A stretch of DNA of 58,485 nt, filler included, from Basidiobolus ranarum (taxonomy: Eukaryota), in the NCBI GenBank assembly GCA_040143965.1. It is 9 parts of 9 records of this genome, joined end to end, with 100 filler letters (N's around TTAATTAATTAA, not from the genome) between each part and the next. Parts side by side here need not be neighbours in the genome. Positions count along the whole stretch, not along the records: positions 39,088 to 45,489 come from JASJQH010001322.1; positions 45,590 to 51,988 come from JASJQH010001323.1; 7 more parts are not named here. One strand, written 5' to 3'. A model generated the notes under the pieces. That model was given only the letters and a program-made list of their open reading frames with translations. It was not told the DNA's origin and made no database searches. Both the position numbers and the translations under genes were made by a program. The first letter of the stretch is position 1, and every line of letters begins with the position of its first letter. This document shows, piece after piece, positions 39,088-52,088 of the stretch.

Positions 39088-40408
39088 AAAGTATTTTTCT
39101 ATTTTCTATGGAAAATTTAAATGATTGTGTGGGGGGCTTGCGGGCTTTTTCATCCATGAGATTGCTGAATCGTGAAGGATGTACACTGCCGAAAATTCTA
39201 ACGCATACACATCCATTCTCTATCCTCTCTATTAGATCTTTTGACACTGCGTCCGAAAGACGTTGATCGAGTTCCTTCGAAATGTGACTAACAAACATTG
39301 GGATATCTGGGATTCTAATGTACCACGCATATGGGTTGCTAGGAGTAGAGTAGAGCTTCAAGTTCATCAATGCTGAGTGGATGGGGTTTCTCTTGGTGAT
39401 GTTCAACTTTAGCATACTCAATGGAGGCTCCTTATCTCTTTGCGGAATCAAGTCTTTACTAAGATTGTGCTTCAGGATCGATAAAATATCTGGAAGCATT
39501 TCTTCGACTTTGGAAGTTGGATACATTGTATTCGTTTCTAAGGACCCTAGCACTATCTCTGTGACTGTCTGACAATGTGTCCACCGATTATACATAACAA
39601 CGGCTACACCCACTGGTGTCTCAGAGAAGCTTTTTGAGTAAATCATGTAAATAATGTATGTTCGCATAATCTTCTCATTATCTTTCCAACATGTGAGAGC
39701 GTGATTCCATATATCGGGATTCACACTCATGGATATTAAAGAAGTGGTGCAATTAAGATCGTGAAATGCTGAATAGTCGTCATAATCTTGTAATTGGGCA
39801 GATCGAAGGAAATACTGGTTATTCTCATTTAGAGGTGGAATATCATCTAATTTAACACCATCTCCGCTATCAAGTGCCAACGCAAACTCGTATCCAAATT
39901 GTCGATAAAAAAATGGAATTCCAGTTATTCCGTCGAGTAAAAGATTTTCTTTATCACACAGATTGTTTATATACTCCATCATAAGATGAACAAAACCACG
40001 GCCGCGAAAGTCAGGATGAGTACCAATTATTTCAGGACGTCCCATAATAAATGGTACAGAACCGTACATACACAGTTCTTTCACCAAACAGGTGACAGCC
40101 ACAATTGGGTTTGCACCTAAACACTTCGTTAGAGCAATGTAACAACGAGATTTACTAAAAAACTAACCGGGATTGCTCCTAGTATTTTCTATTACAACAA
40201 AGTGTTCAATAGTTGTCGGCGGATGTGGACCCTTGGCATACTTTTTGAAAAAAGAGAAGCCATCTTCTTCTTCCATTCCCAGTGGACCTGAATGCACAAG
40301 TTGCGATAATATTTCAATATTCTCCTCGTCACTTTCAGTAGCTCGACGAAATATTAAGCCATCTTGGAGAACTTTAATAATCAGGTTTGCAGCGTTGGTA
40401 TTGTCCAT
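39088..40408 (-). CDS. GNAT-family acetyltransferase of bacterial (Eis-like) type, 3' truncated; intron 40117-40167
   Basis: GRPEIIGTHPDFRGRGFV acetyl-CoA motif A and GITGIPFFYRQFGYEFAL motif B. The 51-nt GTTAGT...CTAAC...TAG intron joins the 91-aa and 356-aa ORFs in frame. Confidence 0.85.
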
Positions 40409-41016
40409 TTCGATATAGCGTGATATGAAATATAACAACTCTATCTAATTTATACATATTCTTGTGTAACGAAATGGATCTTCACCGCAGCATTCCGTAA
40501 ATTTCTCAGTTTTCAGAGAATGGTGGCTAAAGTTCTATCTGCCAATCCACAACCAGAGCTTGATATAAAAGGCCTTACATACGGCTTGTGTTACTTGCAA
40601 AACATTACTGTAACTTCCAAGGCTCACGGTTGAAAAAAGTGAAGAAATTTCAACTACTGATGTTTACCTAAGGATATAACTCCACAGAAAATATGCAGCT
40701 TAACCATTCAGATGATTTCAGAAATACATATTTAATGACGCGTTTAAAAGCTTCAGTTACAAGCAAGTAATGCATTAGAATTACATTCGCGTGTTACGGT
40801 AGTACCAGAATAAATATCATGCTGAGTTATATAGTGAAGAGTGGGTTGATTTCCATGGTAACTGCATGAATCACGTCTGGATTTGGTACGTAAAATAGAC
40901 TTTATTAACTTCGTTATGGAGCCTAGTTAATCTAATTAGAAAAATGGATCAATTAAACTACTTATGGATTGAGGTATATATTGCATTATAGATTGTAGAG
41001 CTGTCTACCGAGCTAA

Positions 41017-42917
41017 CTACGAAATGTAGCGGAAATCAGGATGCTATTTATGGTAAGATTCGTTAGTACAGCTTAAAATAATTCGCCCCAATCTTAGATT
41101 GACACTCACCCAATCAGCAGGTTCAACTTGACTGCATTCTTCGTTATATTGTGCAGGAGTTAACTCCTCCCGTCTCCTATTCTCGCGAATCAGCAGCCAC
41201 TTGAAGAGTAGAGTGGAAATACAACCAAGCCCCATGCACAGCATACAAATAGTATGACCACGTGTATAATATGGTGCATCATCAACTCGGTAGATCTGTG
41301 AAATATGTGAGTAAAGAATCAAATTAGGCTCACTTGGATAAACCTGTACCTGACCACCCAGACCACCACCAATGTTGCTAAATGCTATAATCAAGGCAGA
41401 GGCTATACCTCTCTTGGTATGGCCACCTATATTATTCGTATGCCAAGAGACCATAATGGGAATGTTTGCAAACACTCCAATGGTGGTGATGACAGCTGAA
41501 ATGTACAAGGCTGTAGCCCCTTGATCCTTTAACAAGATAAGCAACATATAGCCTATCATTCCAACAAACAGCAAAGCAGCAATATGCAAACCACGTTCTC
41601 GTTTCCGATCGGCATTGAATGATATCAGGATGGTAAAAATGCAAGCAACAGCATAGGGAGGTGCCGACATTAACTGGGCTGTCAAGTTGGTGAATCCCAT
41701 ACCACCGATAATAGTAGGAAAGAACAAACTTAAACTGTACAATGGAATGGTGGCAGAAATAGAGATAATCATATGAAAATATACCTTCCAGTCAATAAAA
41801 GCATCTTTGCACTGTTTCCAGGAAAAGTGGGTTTCCGATGCTGCGCCTGCATCATGCTTGAGACGATCCATTACGTACATACGCTCTTCTTCATTTAGGA
41901 AGGATGCACGTTCTGGGAAATCTGGAAGATAGAAATAAGACACAGCGGCAAGTACTAGTGTTGGCAAACCCCTACATATCAAAGTTGAGATTATCAGTCA
42001 ATCTCGTATCGGATAGTCATAGATGAAGGTGACTACTCAATGATGAAAATCCATTGCCAACCCGTCAACTTTAGCAGTCCATCCATTTGTATTATTCCGT
42101 ACGCCAACACACCGCCAAAAGCACCGGCAATTGTAGCTGCACTGAAGAACAATGCGATACGAAGTGCTTGTTCTTGCCGTGTGTACCATAGAGAAAGATA
42201 AAATATCACTCCTGGAAAAAGGCCGGCTAAAAAGAAGAGGAATGTTAGACTCTTGGATGAGATCGAAGATTGGGATAGCATCATACCTTCTGTTAGTCCC
42301 AAAAAGAATCTACATGCCAATAGACCGCTTGCGTTATTCACGGCAGCCATACACATCATAACAATCGCCCAAGAGAGCATGACAATCGGAATCCATCTTG
42401 AAGGCCCGATTTGCTTTAAGATAATGTTGGAAGGGCTGTATATTCGGTTAGTAAATGCCGTGAGAAGAAGAATATAATAGTGCTTACACTTCAAAGATAA
42501 CCTATAATGATTGCAATGCATATAGGTATGCAAACAATTGATTAGTAAGCCGCTAGAATTGATATTGACTCAATTATAAATGCACTCACATAGCCAACAA
42601 AGAAAATAGATAAAGACCAATTATATTCACCGGGAGTTAGGGCCAGATCCTGGTCAATGTGAGCAAGTTTGGCATTTCCTAAAACAAGTTGCAATATATG
42701 TGAGAGATTGTAACTAATGGCCGAGGCAATGATATCAGCCGCTACCTATATTTACACGATCAAGGAAGGAACAGAGATACAGTAGCGAAAGGAATGGAAT
42801 CAGCCGCTTGTCAATCTTTCTAACTAAGGCATGCTCAACTGTGGGATCTAGCGAGTAGTTGCTAACTTTTTCGACACAAAAGTCATCCTTGACCTGGTAT
42901 GTCTTTTCCGAAGCCAT
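41017..42917 (-). CDS. MFS transporter, anion:cation symporter family (Dal5/Tna1-like); 8 exons
   Basis: LVRKIDKRLIP...FLDRVNIGNAK, FEVPSN, EAGLFPG...WYTRQE...R, GWQWIFIIEG, NNIGGHTKR and C-terminal HPDFRYIS. Seven GT-AG introns reconstructed. Confidence 0.93.
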
Positions 42918-43331
42918 TAGATACTATTATTGCTATTGGTAAAGGTGCGCAAGTATCCCAATTATGAAGGTGCTAGCCATCTTTTATACAGGTGACGACT
43001 TAGGTCCTTACTATCGCTTCATTGCCACATTGAATCTCTAATAGTAGATGCACAACCATGTACTTTCCTATGCACGCTCCTTCGACCATACTTGGGTCAA
43101 CAGTATCAGTTTATGATTGTGCCTGTTGTCACATTACTTGTACGAAGATCCCCATTAATGAAAGCCCATCAAGCCACATAAGTGACCAAGCCAATTCACA
43201 TCAAGCCATGCAGCTGTTACAGTATGATTGACGTAAATCCAACAGGAGCTGAATTTTAATCTCAATAACAACACCGAAATATTTATCGAATCAATTTTGA
43301 ACTTCAATACAGCCACGCGTATCTATGCTCC

Positions 43332-43424
43332 AATTACATTTAAAATACAATCCATTAGTAGAAATTACATTTAAAAGACAATCCATTAGTAGAAATTACA
43401 TTTAAAAGACAATCCATTAGTAGA
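43332..43424. repeat. Minisatellite, 3 x 31 bp (AATTACATTTAAAAGACAATCCATTAGTAGA)
   Basis: Three adjacent copies with one mismatch and no spacers. Confidence 0.95.
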
Positions 43425-44841
43425 TACTACTATCAAGAACTGCCATTTGACAGGTTGGAGGAGGGGCATCACAGTAGGGTGCCATCCGTATTGAATCTAA
43501 ATAGAGCACAAAGAAGCGTATGTAATATAATTTAATTGAAGTTGTGAAGACCATGGCATGATCTAACTCTTGACAAACTGATAGATACAACAAGCGCCAT
43601 AACATTCACAGATCATACCTACGGTGTTTATTGTTTATTTTCCAAACAAATAGCATTAAAGGTGAAGCATCTATGAAAAAAATGCTGAGAAACGATAAAA
43701 CATTTCTACTCGTCCAAACCTCGATCCTTTCCCCTTGTCTTGTTTATCTCATATATATGAAAACACTATTTCAGCACTATAAGACACTTAATGCAAATCA
43801 CGTTTCTTATAATGCGAATCACTTCCACTGCATTGCTCGTACACATCAAGAAGATTTACGATGCTAAAGCTTTGGGTAATGTATGTTGATTGAAGAAATA
43901 ATTATTCCTCAAGTATGCTACTTACTTTATCTACTTATTTTAAAACGTATCATAGTGCATAGAAAATCTTTGCAAACTAAACCTAGTTGATATCCTTCTT
44001 GTATTAGCTAGACCCTTCTAGATCTGACAAATCAAGTACTGCATGGAAGTCACGAACGTAAGTGGGTAGATTAGTAAGGAGGTCTGGAGGAATTACGAAT
44101 CATCCAAGGCAGATATGGAGAGGATGAGAAGATTGGATATTTTAGTTCTTTCTGCAGCAAATGTGGTGAAGTAAAGCAGTAGGCTCCGATTCAGCAGGAG
44201 ACTGCCCATCAATTACCAACCTTACCAAAAGAGTTCACAAGAAATAGAACGTAATTGTTCCTATTTGACATGCCTAAGTCTACTCTATTGCAAGTTAAGC
44301 ATCTATGCATTGCTACTATGCACCAAGAACTAACATTGATCAATACATGCCGTCGCATTATCGGCCTCAAGCTCACCACATCCATAGCCAATTGACTTCA
44401 TTTACCCGACAAGTAAATAATATTGCCTTACTACATCCTCACTCGGAATTATTATTGTTAAGGGATGGAGCCAAATATTAAACTATAAATCCTCTTTTCT
44501 ATTGGTTCTAGGGTCGATCAGATGTAATAGATTAGTGTCAATGATATCTTCGATTTGGTTTAGTATGAGCGTTTGGAAACCATTTACCCAGAATTAAGCT
44601 TTAGCGCTAAACTCAAGCATTAAGGCCTATATTGCAGTTTGCAAACATTGTTTGGAGAAAGTGTTGGCCCGGTTCAAGCTTTCAAGTGGAGTGTAGCATT
44701 GCTAAATATGACCAGGGATATGTTACCGAATCTGGGTCTTATGGCAATGTGACATCTGTAGTTTATGGGTTAGGTGGGCTGAAAAGACCAAGTAATGGAA
44801 ACAATATTTAGTTCAAATGGTAACATAAATATAGAGAAATC

Positions 44842-45019
44842 TGTTGAAATTAGCATTGCCTTAACACCGACATAGTCATACATAGCTTAGTGTTTAGTTA
44901 TCCTATGTTTCACTAAGATATCACCCATTATTCTCAATCGGAATTTGCTTAGAATATTGACACCAGCTTAGTTCTCAAATACATAGATTTTTTCAAACGT
45001 GTCCTAGAAGCCCCAAACT
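44842..45019 (+). mobile_element. Copia LTR family A, 5' half
   Basis: TGTTGAAATTAGCATTGCC...CTAGAAGCCCCAAACT matches 24923-25100. Confidence 0.8.
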
Positions 45020-45489
45020 CAGGGTTAGGGGGGAGACAGTCACCAACAGGCGAAATCTTTATTTCAAACAAAAGAAAGAAGCCATAACTACTTTTGTAGT
45101 TTCTTAATTAAAGTATGAAGTTCTGGAGTATTAGTATGAATGTTGCAAAGTAAAAAAGTTAAGTCAGCAGAGTCTGAGACACTATTAAGTGGAGTGGAAG
45201 GGAGTTATAAAGGTAAAAATGGTTTGTTAACAATAGAAATAAGTGGAATGAGACTAGGATTAACACAAAGCATATAGGGAGTGTGTTTCTGAAGATATTG
45301 CTGCCAAAGGTCCACCAAGTATTCCTTGTAGGCAAGTGCGGGCTTCTCAGCTTAGGGGGGGAGACAGTCACCCAAAGATGAAATCTTTATTTCAAACAAA
45401 ACAAAGAAGCCATAACTACTTTTGTAGTTTCTTAACTAATGTATGGAGATCAGGAGTATTTGTATGAATGTTGCAAAGCAGAAAAGTTA
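45019..45489. repeat. ~328-bp tandem repeat (about 1.4 units to the contig end)
   Basis: GGGGGAGACAGTCACC...GAAATCTTTATTTCAAACAAAA...GAATGTTGCAAAG recurs, with GAGACAGTCA at 45033 and 45361. Confidence 0.85.
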
Positions 45490-48066
45490 NNNNNNNNNNN
45501 NNNNNNNNNNNNNNNNNNNNNNNNNNNNNNNNNTTAATTAATTAANNNNNNNNNNNNNNNNNNNNNNNNNNNNNNNNNNNNNNNNNNNNTAGCTGTGAAG
45601 TATAAAAGCAAGAATCTAGGGGGGACAGGTAAGTGCGATTTGGATCGTGACAGAGTGAAGCCATTCCATTTTGAGACATGGTGACTGGGTAAGACTTCCA
45701 ATGGCCAATTGATGATAGTAATCAGGCAGGATATTGTTGGGCGCTCATTAATGCCAATCACCTTGTATTATTTATACACGCTTTACAATGCGTGAGTACA
45801 TAAAAATTTGAGCGCATGGGTGTCAATCACGAAAAAGGCTTTATCTTAGTTTTAATATGTCTAAACCAATATATACTCGAAACCTGCTGAGGCCTCTTAT
45901 ATTTGTAGTCAAACTGCGAAGAAGCTGGTGTAAGACTCGAGCCACCAGCCATCCGAGTAGTATATGAATCTCAATAATTCAAATGAAACACATCAACGTT
46001 ACAGTCATCACGATATATGCTCTACTTGCCTCAAGTAAGCTGATTGTAGTAGAAGAGTCTAGATAGATAAGGTCTTGATGTTGGCATATGCCATTGTATA
46101 TATTTTAAGTTTCATGCAGCAATGCTAGAAGTCACATGTTGAGGTGAATGACTCAGATTTGTTGAGGGTTAATCAGCTCTATTCTATTCGACCTATAAAA
46201 TCACACCATATCCCTCAGAAGTCATACATGAAGGCAATATGCTAGGATTGAGGTCCAAATGTATATAGATTTTTCTAACGATAAGCTGGAAAGCCTCAAA
46301 GTTAGAGGATTCGCAATCCTTCTGTTATAAAACCTCATCCCCATTTCAACCAGAAAAATAATAAACCAGTCTGATTGGATAGATAATAGCCTTCTTGATA
46401 GGCACATTCCAGCTCCACTCTTGTAAGACTTGTAGGTGTCAGTTGAAAGGCGATCCACAAGTGATGTGTACAATCAGTCCAAAGAAAGGTTACATTGCTT
46501 TTTCGGCCAACCTGGATTTAAGCCTCCACTAACCTTCCTTATATATGTTGATTCGCTCTATATTCGAGACCCAAATTGGTAATTTATAAACTCAGGAGTT
46601 GTCAGTTCATATTTACAAAATATACCTATTTTAAAACTTGGTGATATTTGTAGCTCAACTAAGTGTTGAGAGAAACATGGATAGTATCCTCACTGGTTCA
46701 AGTTTAATTGCTTTGATCGCACTGGTTGACTACTCAATGGTGTGATATTAATTAGCGGAGGCTGACTTCGAATAGCCAACAACTACTAATGTTGCTATAC
46801 ATGATTAGAACCACATGTTCCATTACCCAAGTTTGTTATATATTATTAACATCCAGAAAGCGTCATTCTTTGAAACAATCCTATCAGTGCAATTATGGTT
46901 ATACCCTCTGGGTCCACTAAGTAGGTTTGAAGATTAACTAGTATTCTTGTAAGAGATGGAAAAGCAAATTTTATCTTTGGACATATTGCCAATGGTTATT
47001 CAATTGGTATCTAGCAATAAAGATATTGCTGTCTGGTCGATACGACCTAGTCTTAGGCGGCTACTCTCATTCAATGGCACCCTCTAGTTTTGAGGCTGCC
47101 AACGCCTTTTTGCATTTTGTGAATGATAATCGTAACCCTTACCTTGGTAAATCAGTTTGCTGACAGTCTCTTCTTTCATGCTATATATTTTCAGTCTCTA
47201 TCTGTAGGCACCAAGTTGCGATTGGTTAGATTCTTGGATTTGAGGCTATAGTATGGTCTTATCGCTTCCTTAATATTCACTTTATTTATCTCCCTCGTTG
47301 TCGAATATGAATTTATTACTAATGACTTGACTTTTTGTATTTGAAAAAAGTTTGAAATCTTATATTGAATCTTGAAGAGTGTGGCTTCTCGCGATTGAAC
47401 AATTTATTCCAACACTACCCTCTTTTGGAAGAAGAGTATCGAAATTAAAAAAAGTCTGTCCACTGTTTATCTAAAAATCTTCCAATAGCGAGTGGTTTGA
47501 CTTCACTAGGTATTGCTTGAGACGAGTCTCAATATTGGATGTCTTTCGAAGAAAGTGTAACTTTGATAATTTGAGGAATATGTGGATGATACTAGGGGCT
47601 CCTTAATACCAATTTAGTCTTACACACAGGAACACTATCTATTCAAGTCAAGCTCAAACCCAGAAAACATCCTTCTTAGAACTGGCTAAGGGGCCATGGT
47701 CCGAACTTCGAAGCCTAGTTTTGCTAAAATTAACTTGTGTATTCCCAGTAAACTGAGGCCAGAATCAGCACACTTGTTATCAAAGATCACGAACAACCAG
47801 ACATCCGGAAAGTAGAGATGGTTATGGAGCTACTACCGCGACTTGAAAGATTGTAATTTTGTCTGCCATTAGAGCATTTAGGTGGCCAGTCGAGGTTAGC
47901 GGACATATCGGGAGAAGTCTATACATGTTCGTTTGGTGTAGATACGCTTCACGGTATTTGTGAGCTACATTCATTACATCGTTTCGAAGAGTGGCAAAAT
48001 CAATTTCATAGGCTAGGTAACATTAAGCAATATTATGAACAAAAATCAATGTTTACGACGTTGAAA

Positions 48067-49588
48067 TCAGCGAGCTCTATTCAAAAGGTTCTCTCTCCCA
48101 CTCAGATGTTCATATGGATTACAAAGATAAAATTCCAATTTAGGTTTGATTTCTAGGACTTGTTCTACCATAGATGTGGGCAATCTCGGATGGTCCGATA
48201 TCATCCAACGAGCCATGCATTGCCCATAATCTCTTACTGCGGCAATTAATGGCCCCTGAATCTCGAACTCATTCAATGCTAGGTTCTCTAGCCGTTCAAA
48301 AAATGTTGCAGGTGGGGCTTTATCAATTTTGGTAATGTCTAACCTGGCCTCGACTGCATCAAGCATCAACTCTCTTGGTTTAGAATGCAGGAATAAAGTA
48401 TTTAAAACAGTTGAAGATAAATCTACACATTCTATATCGATGTATTCCAAAGTATTGCCTAGTTTTTTAAACATGTAAATGGTCTCCAATTCAGCCATAT
48501 TTTCCGTAATTAAAGTCAACTCCGCCAACTTTTCACATTCGTCAGCAATGATCTTGGGCATTTGAACCGGAAGTGGAAAATCGGCTAAGTGTAATGCAGT
48601 CAATCTCTTTCCAACTTTTCTAAGTAGCTTTTGCCAGCTTCCTAAACTAGGCATTTGGGTTGAAGTATTTGCACATCTGGATATATCGCGAGATTGTAGT
48701 GTGGGTGAAATCAGATGTGCAAGTTTCTCTATTGCTTCATCATCAAGGTTGACCCCATTCAACTCAAGGCTATCTAGGCGAGAACAAGGTGCATCTTCAA
48801 AATTCCATAGCTTTACATATGAATCTAAGTCTTCATCGCTATATCCAATATCTCTGACAAATATTAATCCAAAATCACGCAACCTAGAGTTCAACTTTCT
48901 CCATACAGCATGGACAAACTCGTTCACAATTGCATCTCCATAGCCTGCTTTATACCATTCCCTATATCCGTGACATAGAATTGATACTGAAACAAGTTTT
49001 TCATTACATGGAAAGCGACACAATAGAGGAGGTGATGGTAGACTAGAGCAACACAAACTGATTCCCTCCAAGTTGGGAAACTGAGAAAATATATGCTCAA
49101 GTAAATCGTAACCGTTGCAATTGAAATCGATAGGCACATATGCAACTCGTTTGAGATAAGGGAATCTCCAAGTGGTATCCCATTGACATTCACCTGGTGA
49201 ACGTGGAAAATTCAAACTCTGTAAGTTACTGAATTTGTATAGTTCGTCGTATAGATCGCAAAAAAATCTGGATCCTATAACACGAACTAAATCCAAGTGA
49301 GCATCTACAAGAAAATCCACGATTCCGGTAAGTACTTTTTTCTCTGTGATAATGAGAGCAAGAAAAGTTCGAAATTTTACCTCCTACTTCATGCTCATAC
49401 ACATACTGAATAAATTTTTGAGACGCTTCCTCAGTTTGTGGTAACGGGTTTTTCCATAAAACGGCTAAGCTCACCTTAGACCAAACAGAATTGACTAAAC
49501 AACAATTCACCAAGCTGGCTGGTGATAAAGTCAAATATTCGAACGTTAGTTTTAAGACTTCTAAAGGTAAAACAGAGTTCTTCGACAT
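48067..49588 (-). CDS. F-box / leucine-rich-repeat (RNI-like) protein; probable 37-nt intron 49344-49380
   Basis: F-box motif LPLEVLKLTFEYL...LVNCCLVNSVW...LWKNP, then LxxLxL repeats (FSNLQSLNF, FPNLEGISL, LDSLELNG, CEKLAELTL). Confidence 0.85.
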
Positions 49589-50221
49589 TATAGAAGTCTC
49601 TTCTAGTTAGCAAGAGTAGCAAGAAGAGATTTAAGCTTTATTTTGATAAGTGCCATGTATATTCTGAAAATTCATTCGATCAGGTTCGTAAGTATGGGTG
49701 TATATGATAATAATATCGAATATTATTTATTTATCGAAATCCTACTAGACTTCAACAGATAGTTGTACTGGATAAAAGACCAAAATCACGAGTATTGAAG
49801 ATAAATCAAAATCAAGTTAGTGACGATCGTTTTATGTGGCACTCTCTTCGAGACCACACCTAATCAGTGACGTATTCACATGTTCGGTCAAAGCAAAAGT
49901 TGATAAATAACAATAGCCATCTTTACATAATTTGTTGCATTATGAGAGAGAACTTGTCTAGCATTGATCTACAGCACCTTGCTATATATCATCGTATTTT
50001 GAACAACGGTATTTAACGAATTCTAAAATTACTAGGAAAAAAAGAAAAAAATTCACTTTTTTTTCACCATTTACATGACTTGCAATCTTCCTTTCGGTAC
50101 ATATTGATTAAAGAATATTTGGAGTATTATTGTGTGATATATAGTTCCTCGAAAACGCGAGTACGTTGTATAAGCCTAAAAAACAAACAAACTACCACTT
50201 CCATATATACAAGAATACAAC

Positions 50222-51327
50222 ATGGTACCGTTGAGTTTTATTTATACTACTTTATTCTTTTTTAGAGAAGATTTAGTCGCTCACTCACATCTCTGTCACC
50301 TTTTTTTCGTGAAACATTAATTAGTCTCGGGCAGAATTGTTGAGTCCTGAAGGTTCTACTTTTTTATTCTAAGATTTCAGCCAATTTGTTTTGACATTTT
50401 GTTTGCATGTCTTTTTTTGTGTCATGATAGGTCTAAGAATCGACGGTCGACGTGCAAATGAACTACGTAAAATCTCCTGCAGACCTAGTGTATTAAGTCA
50501 GGCTGATGGTTCTGCATATTATGAACAGGGTAATACCAAGTGTCTTGCCGCTGTGTATGGTCCTCGAGAGGTAGGCATTGATTCAAACTCTGGCTACATC
50601 TTTAAATGGTTTACCTAGAACTGATTTATTTGAAAATCCATCTATAGGCACGTTTCAAGGCACAAGTACAACATGATCGAGCTATTGTAAATGTCGAATT
50701 TAATATTGCTCCTTTCAGTACCAGCGAACGAAAGAAGAGATCTAAATCTGACAAGTAAGGCGATCTCTAACCTTACTTCGATATTAAGGACTAACTTACA
50801 TTACACCAGGCGCTTATTGGAAATTGCTTCCACAATCAAGCAGACTTTTGAACCAGTTATTATGACCACACTCTCACCTCGTTCTCAAATTGATATTTAC
50901 CTTCAAATCTTGCAACAAGACGGCGGTATTCTTCAAGCGTGCATCAACGCAGCTACCATTGCCTTGATTGACGCTGGTGTTTCCATGCATGATTATGTAT
51001 GTGCCTGCTCAGTTGGATGTATCGAAAAAACACCAATGCTGGATCTTAACCACTTAGAGGAATCATCTTCGGATACTCCAGAATTAACTGTTGCCATTTT
51101 ACCCAAAAGTGGTAATGTTACTTTGATGCAGGTAAGACTCTTAGACTATACTTCATGCCTTTCAATGTGCTTGACCAATATTTCCATAGATGGAAGAGAG
51201 ACTTCATATCGACAACTTCGAGAGCACCGTATCTTTAGCTACTGATGGTTGCCAGCAGATCTATCATTTCTTAGATGATGCTATTAGAAATGCTTCCAAA
51301 TCCTTAATGAAGAAAATGAACGAATAA
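50222..51327 (+). CDS. RRP41: Exosome core RNase PH-like subunit Rrp41 (Ski6/EXOSC4); 6 exons
   Basis: MSRAELLSPEGLRIDGRRANELR...QADGSAYYEQGNTKCLAAVYGPRE...PRSQIDIYLQILQQDGG...CINAATIALIDAG. Introns start at 50225, 50353, 50571, ~50755 and 51132; stop TAA at 51325-51327. Confidence 0.95.
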
Positions 51328-51644
51328 TTAGTCACAACCCTTCCTAGAGTGCTTTCAACTTTCCAATTGCCATTAAAGATCAGTAATAAAAGGGATCAAG
51401 TTTAGAACCATCAAGTTACATCGATAAAACGAATCCAAAATAACGTTCTTAAAAATATTCTAATAAACAGTAACGGTCAAATGAGTTTCCTATCAGCAAA
51501 TTTTTATTCACATTGAGTCTAGATGGATAGAGGAAATGAGCTGAATAGATCCAACCATAATATATCCAGCAGGAGAGAAGGGTGCTTGTTTAATAGAGAT
51601 ACAGAAGTCTTTCTACTGATAATTAAAGGTGAGAATCGACGAAA

Positions 51645-51986
51645 TTATTCCTCCTTCTTGACTTCCTCCTTTTCTTCTACTTCTTCCTCTTCGCTTTCCT
51701 TCTCCTCTTCCTCAGCAGGAGTTTCAGTCTCACTCTTCAAAAGAGTAGCGTTAATCTTTTGGACTTCTTCAAACTTATCTTTGAAAAGGTTAGCGTTCTC
51801 AGAGTTAGCAAAACGGATGGCTAAAGTTTCGGCAGTGGGTTCACCATCAGCGATATCAGCAGTGGAGTTCCAGACCCAAGAACGGTCAGAGCCATCATTT
51901 GGAGTAAGGGCCTTTTCAGGGGTATCTTAATGGTTTGCGCCATCCTTGTGGGGCTTCTCGCGGCGCATGGCCAATCGAAGCTTGCC
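51645..51986 (-). CDS. YRB1: Ran-binding protein 1, C-terminal part (5' cut by contig end)
   Basis: [34 protein letters not shown] plus an acidic tail. The ~90 bp nearest the contig edge are noisy and include an in-frame TAA. Confidence 0.9.
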
Positions 51987-52088
51987 GGNNNNNNNNNNNN
52001 NNNNNNNNNNNNNNNNNNNNNNNNNNNNNNNNTTAATTAATTAANNNNNNNNNNNNNNNNNNNNNNNNNNNNNNNNNNNNNNNNNNNN

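Noticed and set aside
43332-43424. CRISPR-like 31-bp direct repeats
   Set aside because: Units are contiguous with no spacers, there are no cas genes, and the context is eukaryotic.
45021-45033. AGGGTTAGGG telomere-like motif
   Set aside because: Fewer than two units, and part of the 328-bp repeat junction.
51927-51929. In-frame TAA in YRB1 (recoding or pseudogene?)
   Set aside because: It lies within ~60 bp of the contig edge among several other departures from the conserved MRRDKTLKVCANHYI motif; most likely low-quality terminal sequence. Other genes use TAA as a stop.
51523-51930. 135-aa Ser-rich plus-strand ORF
   Set aside because: Antisense to the Glu-rich YRB1 tail.
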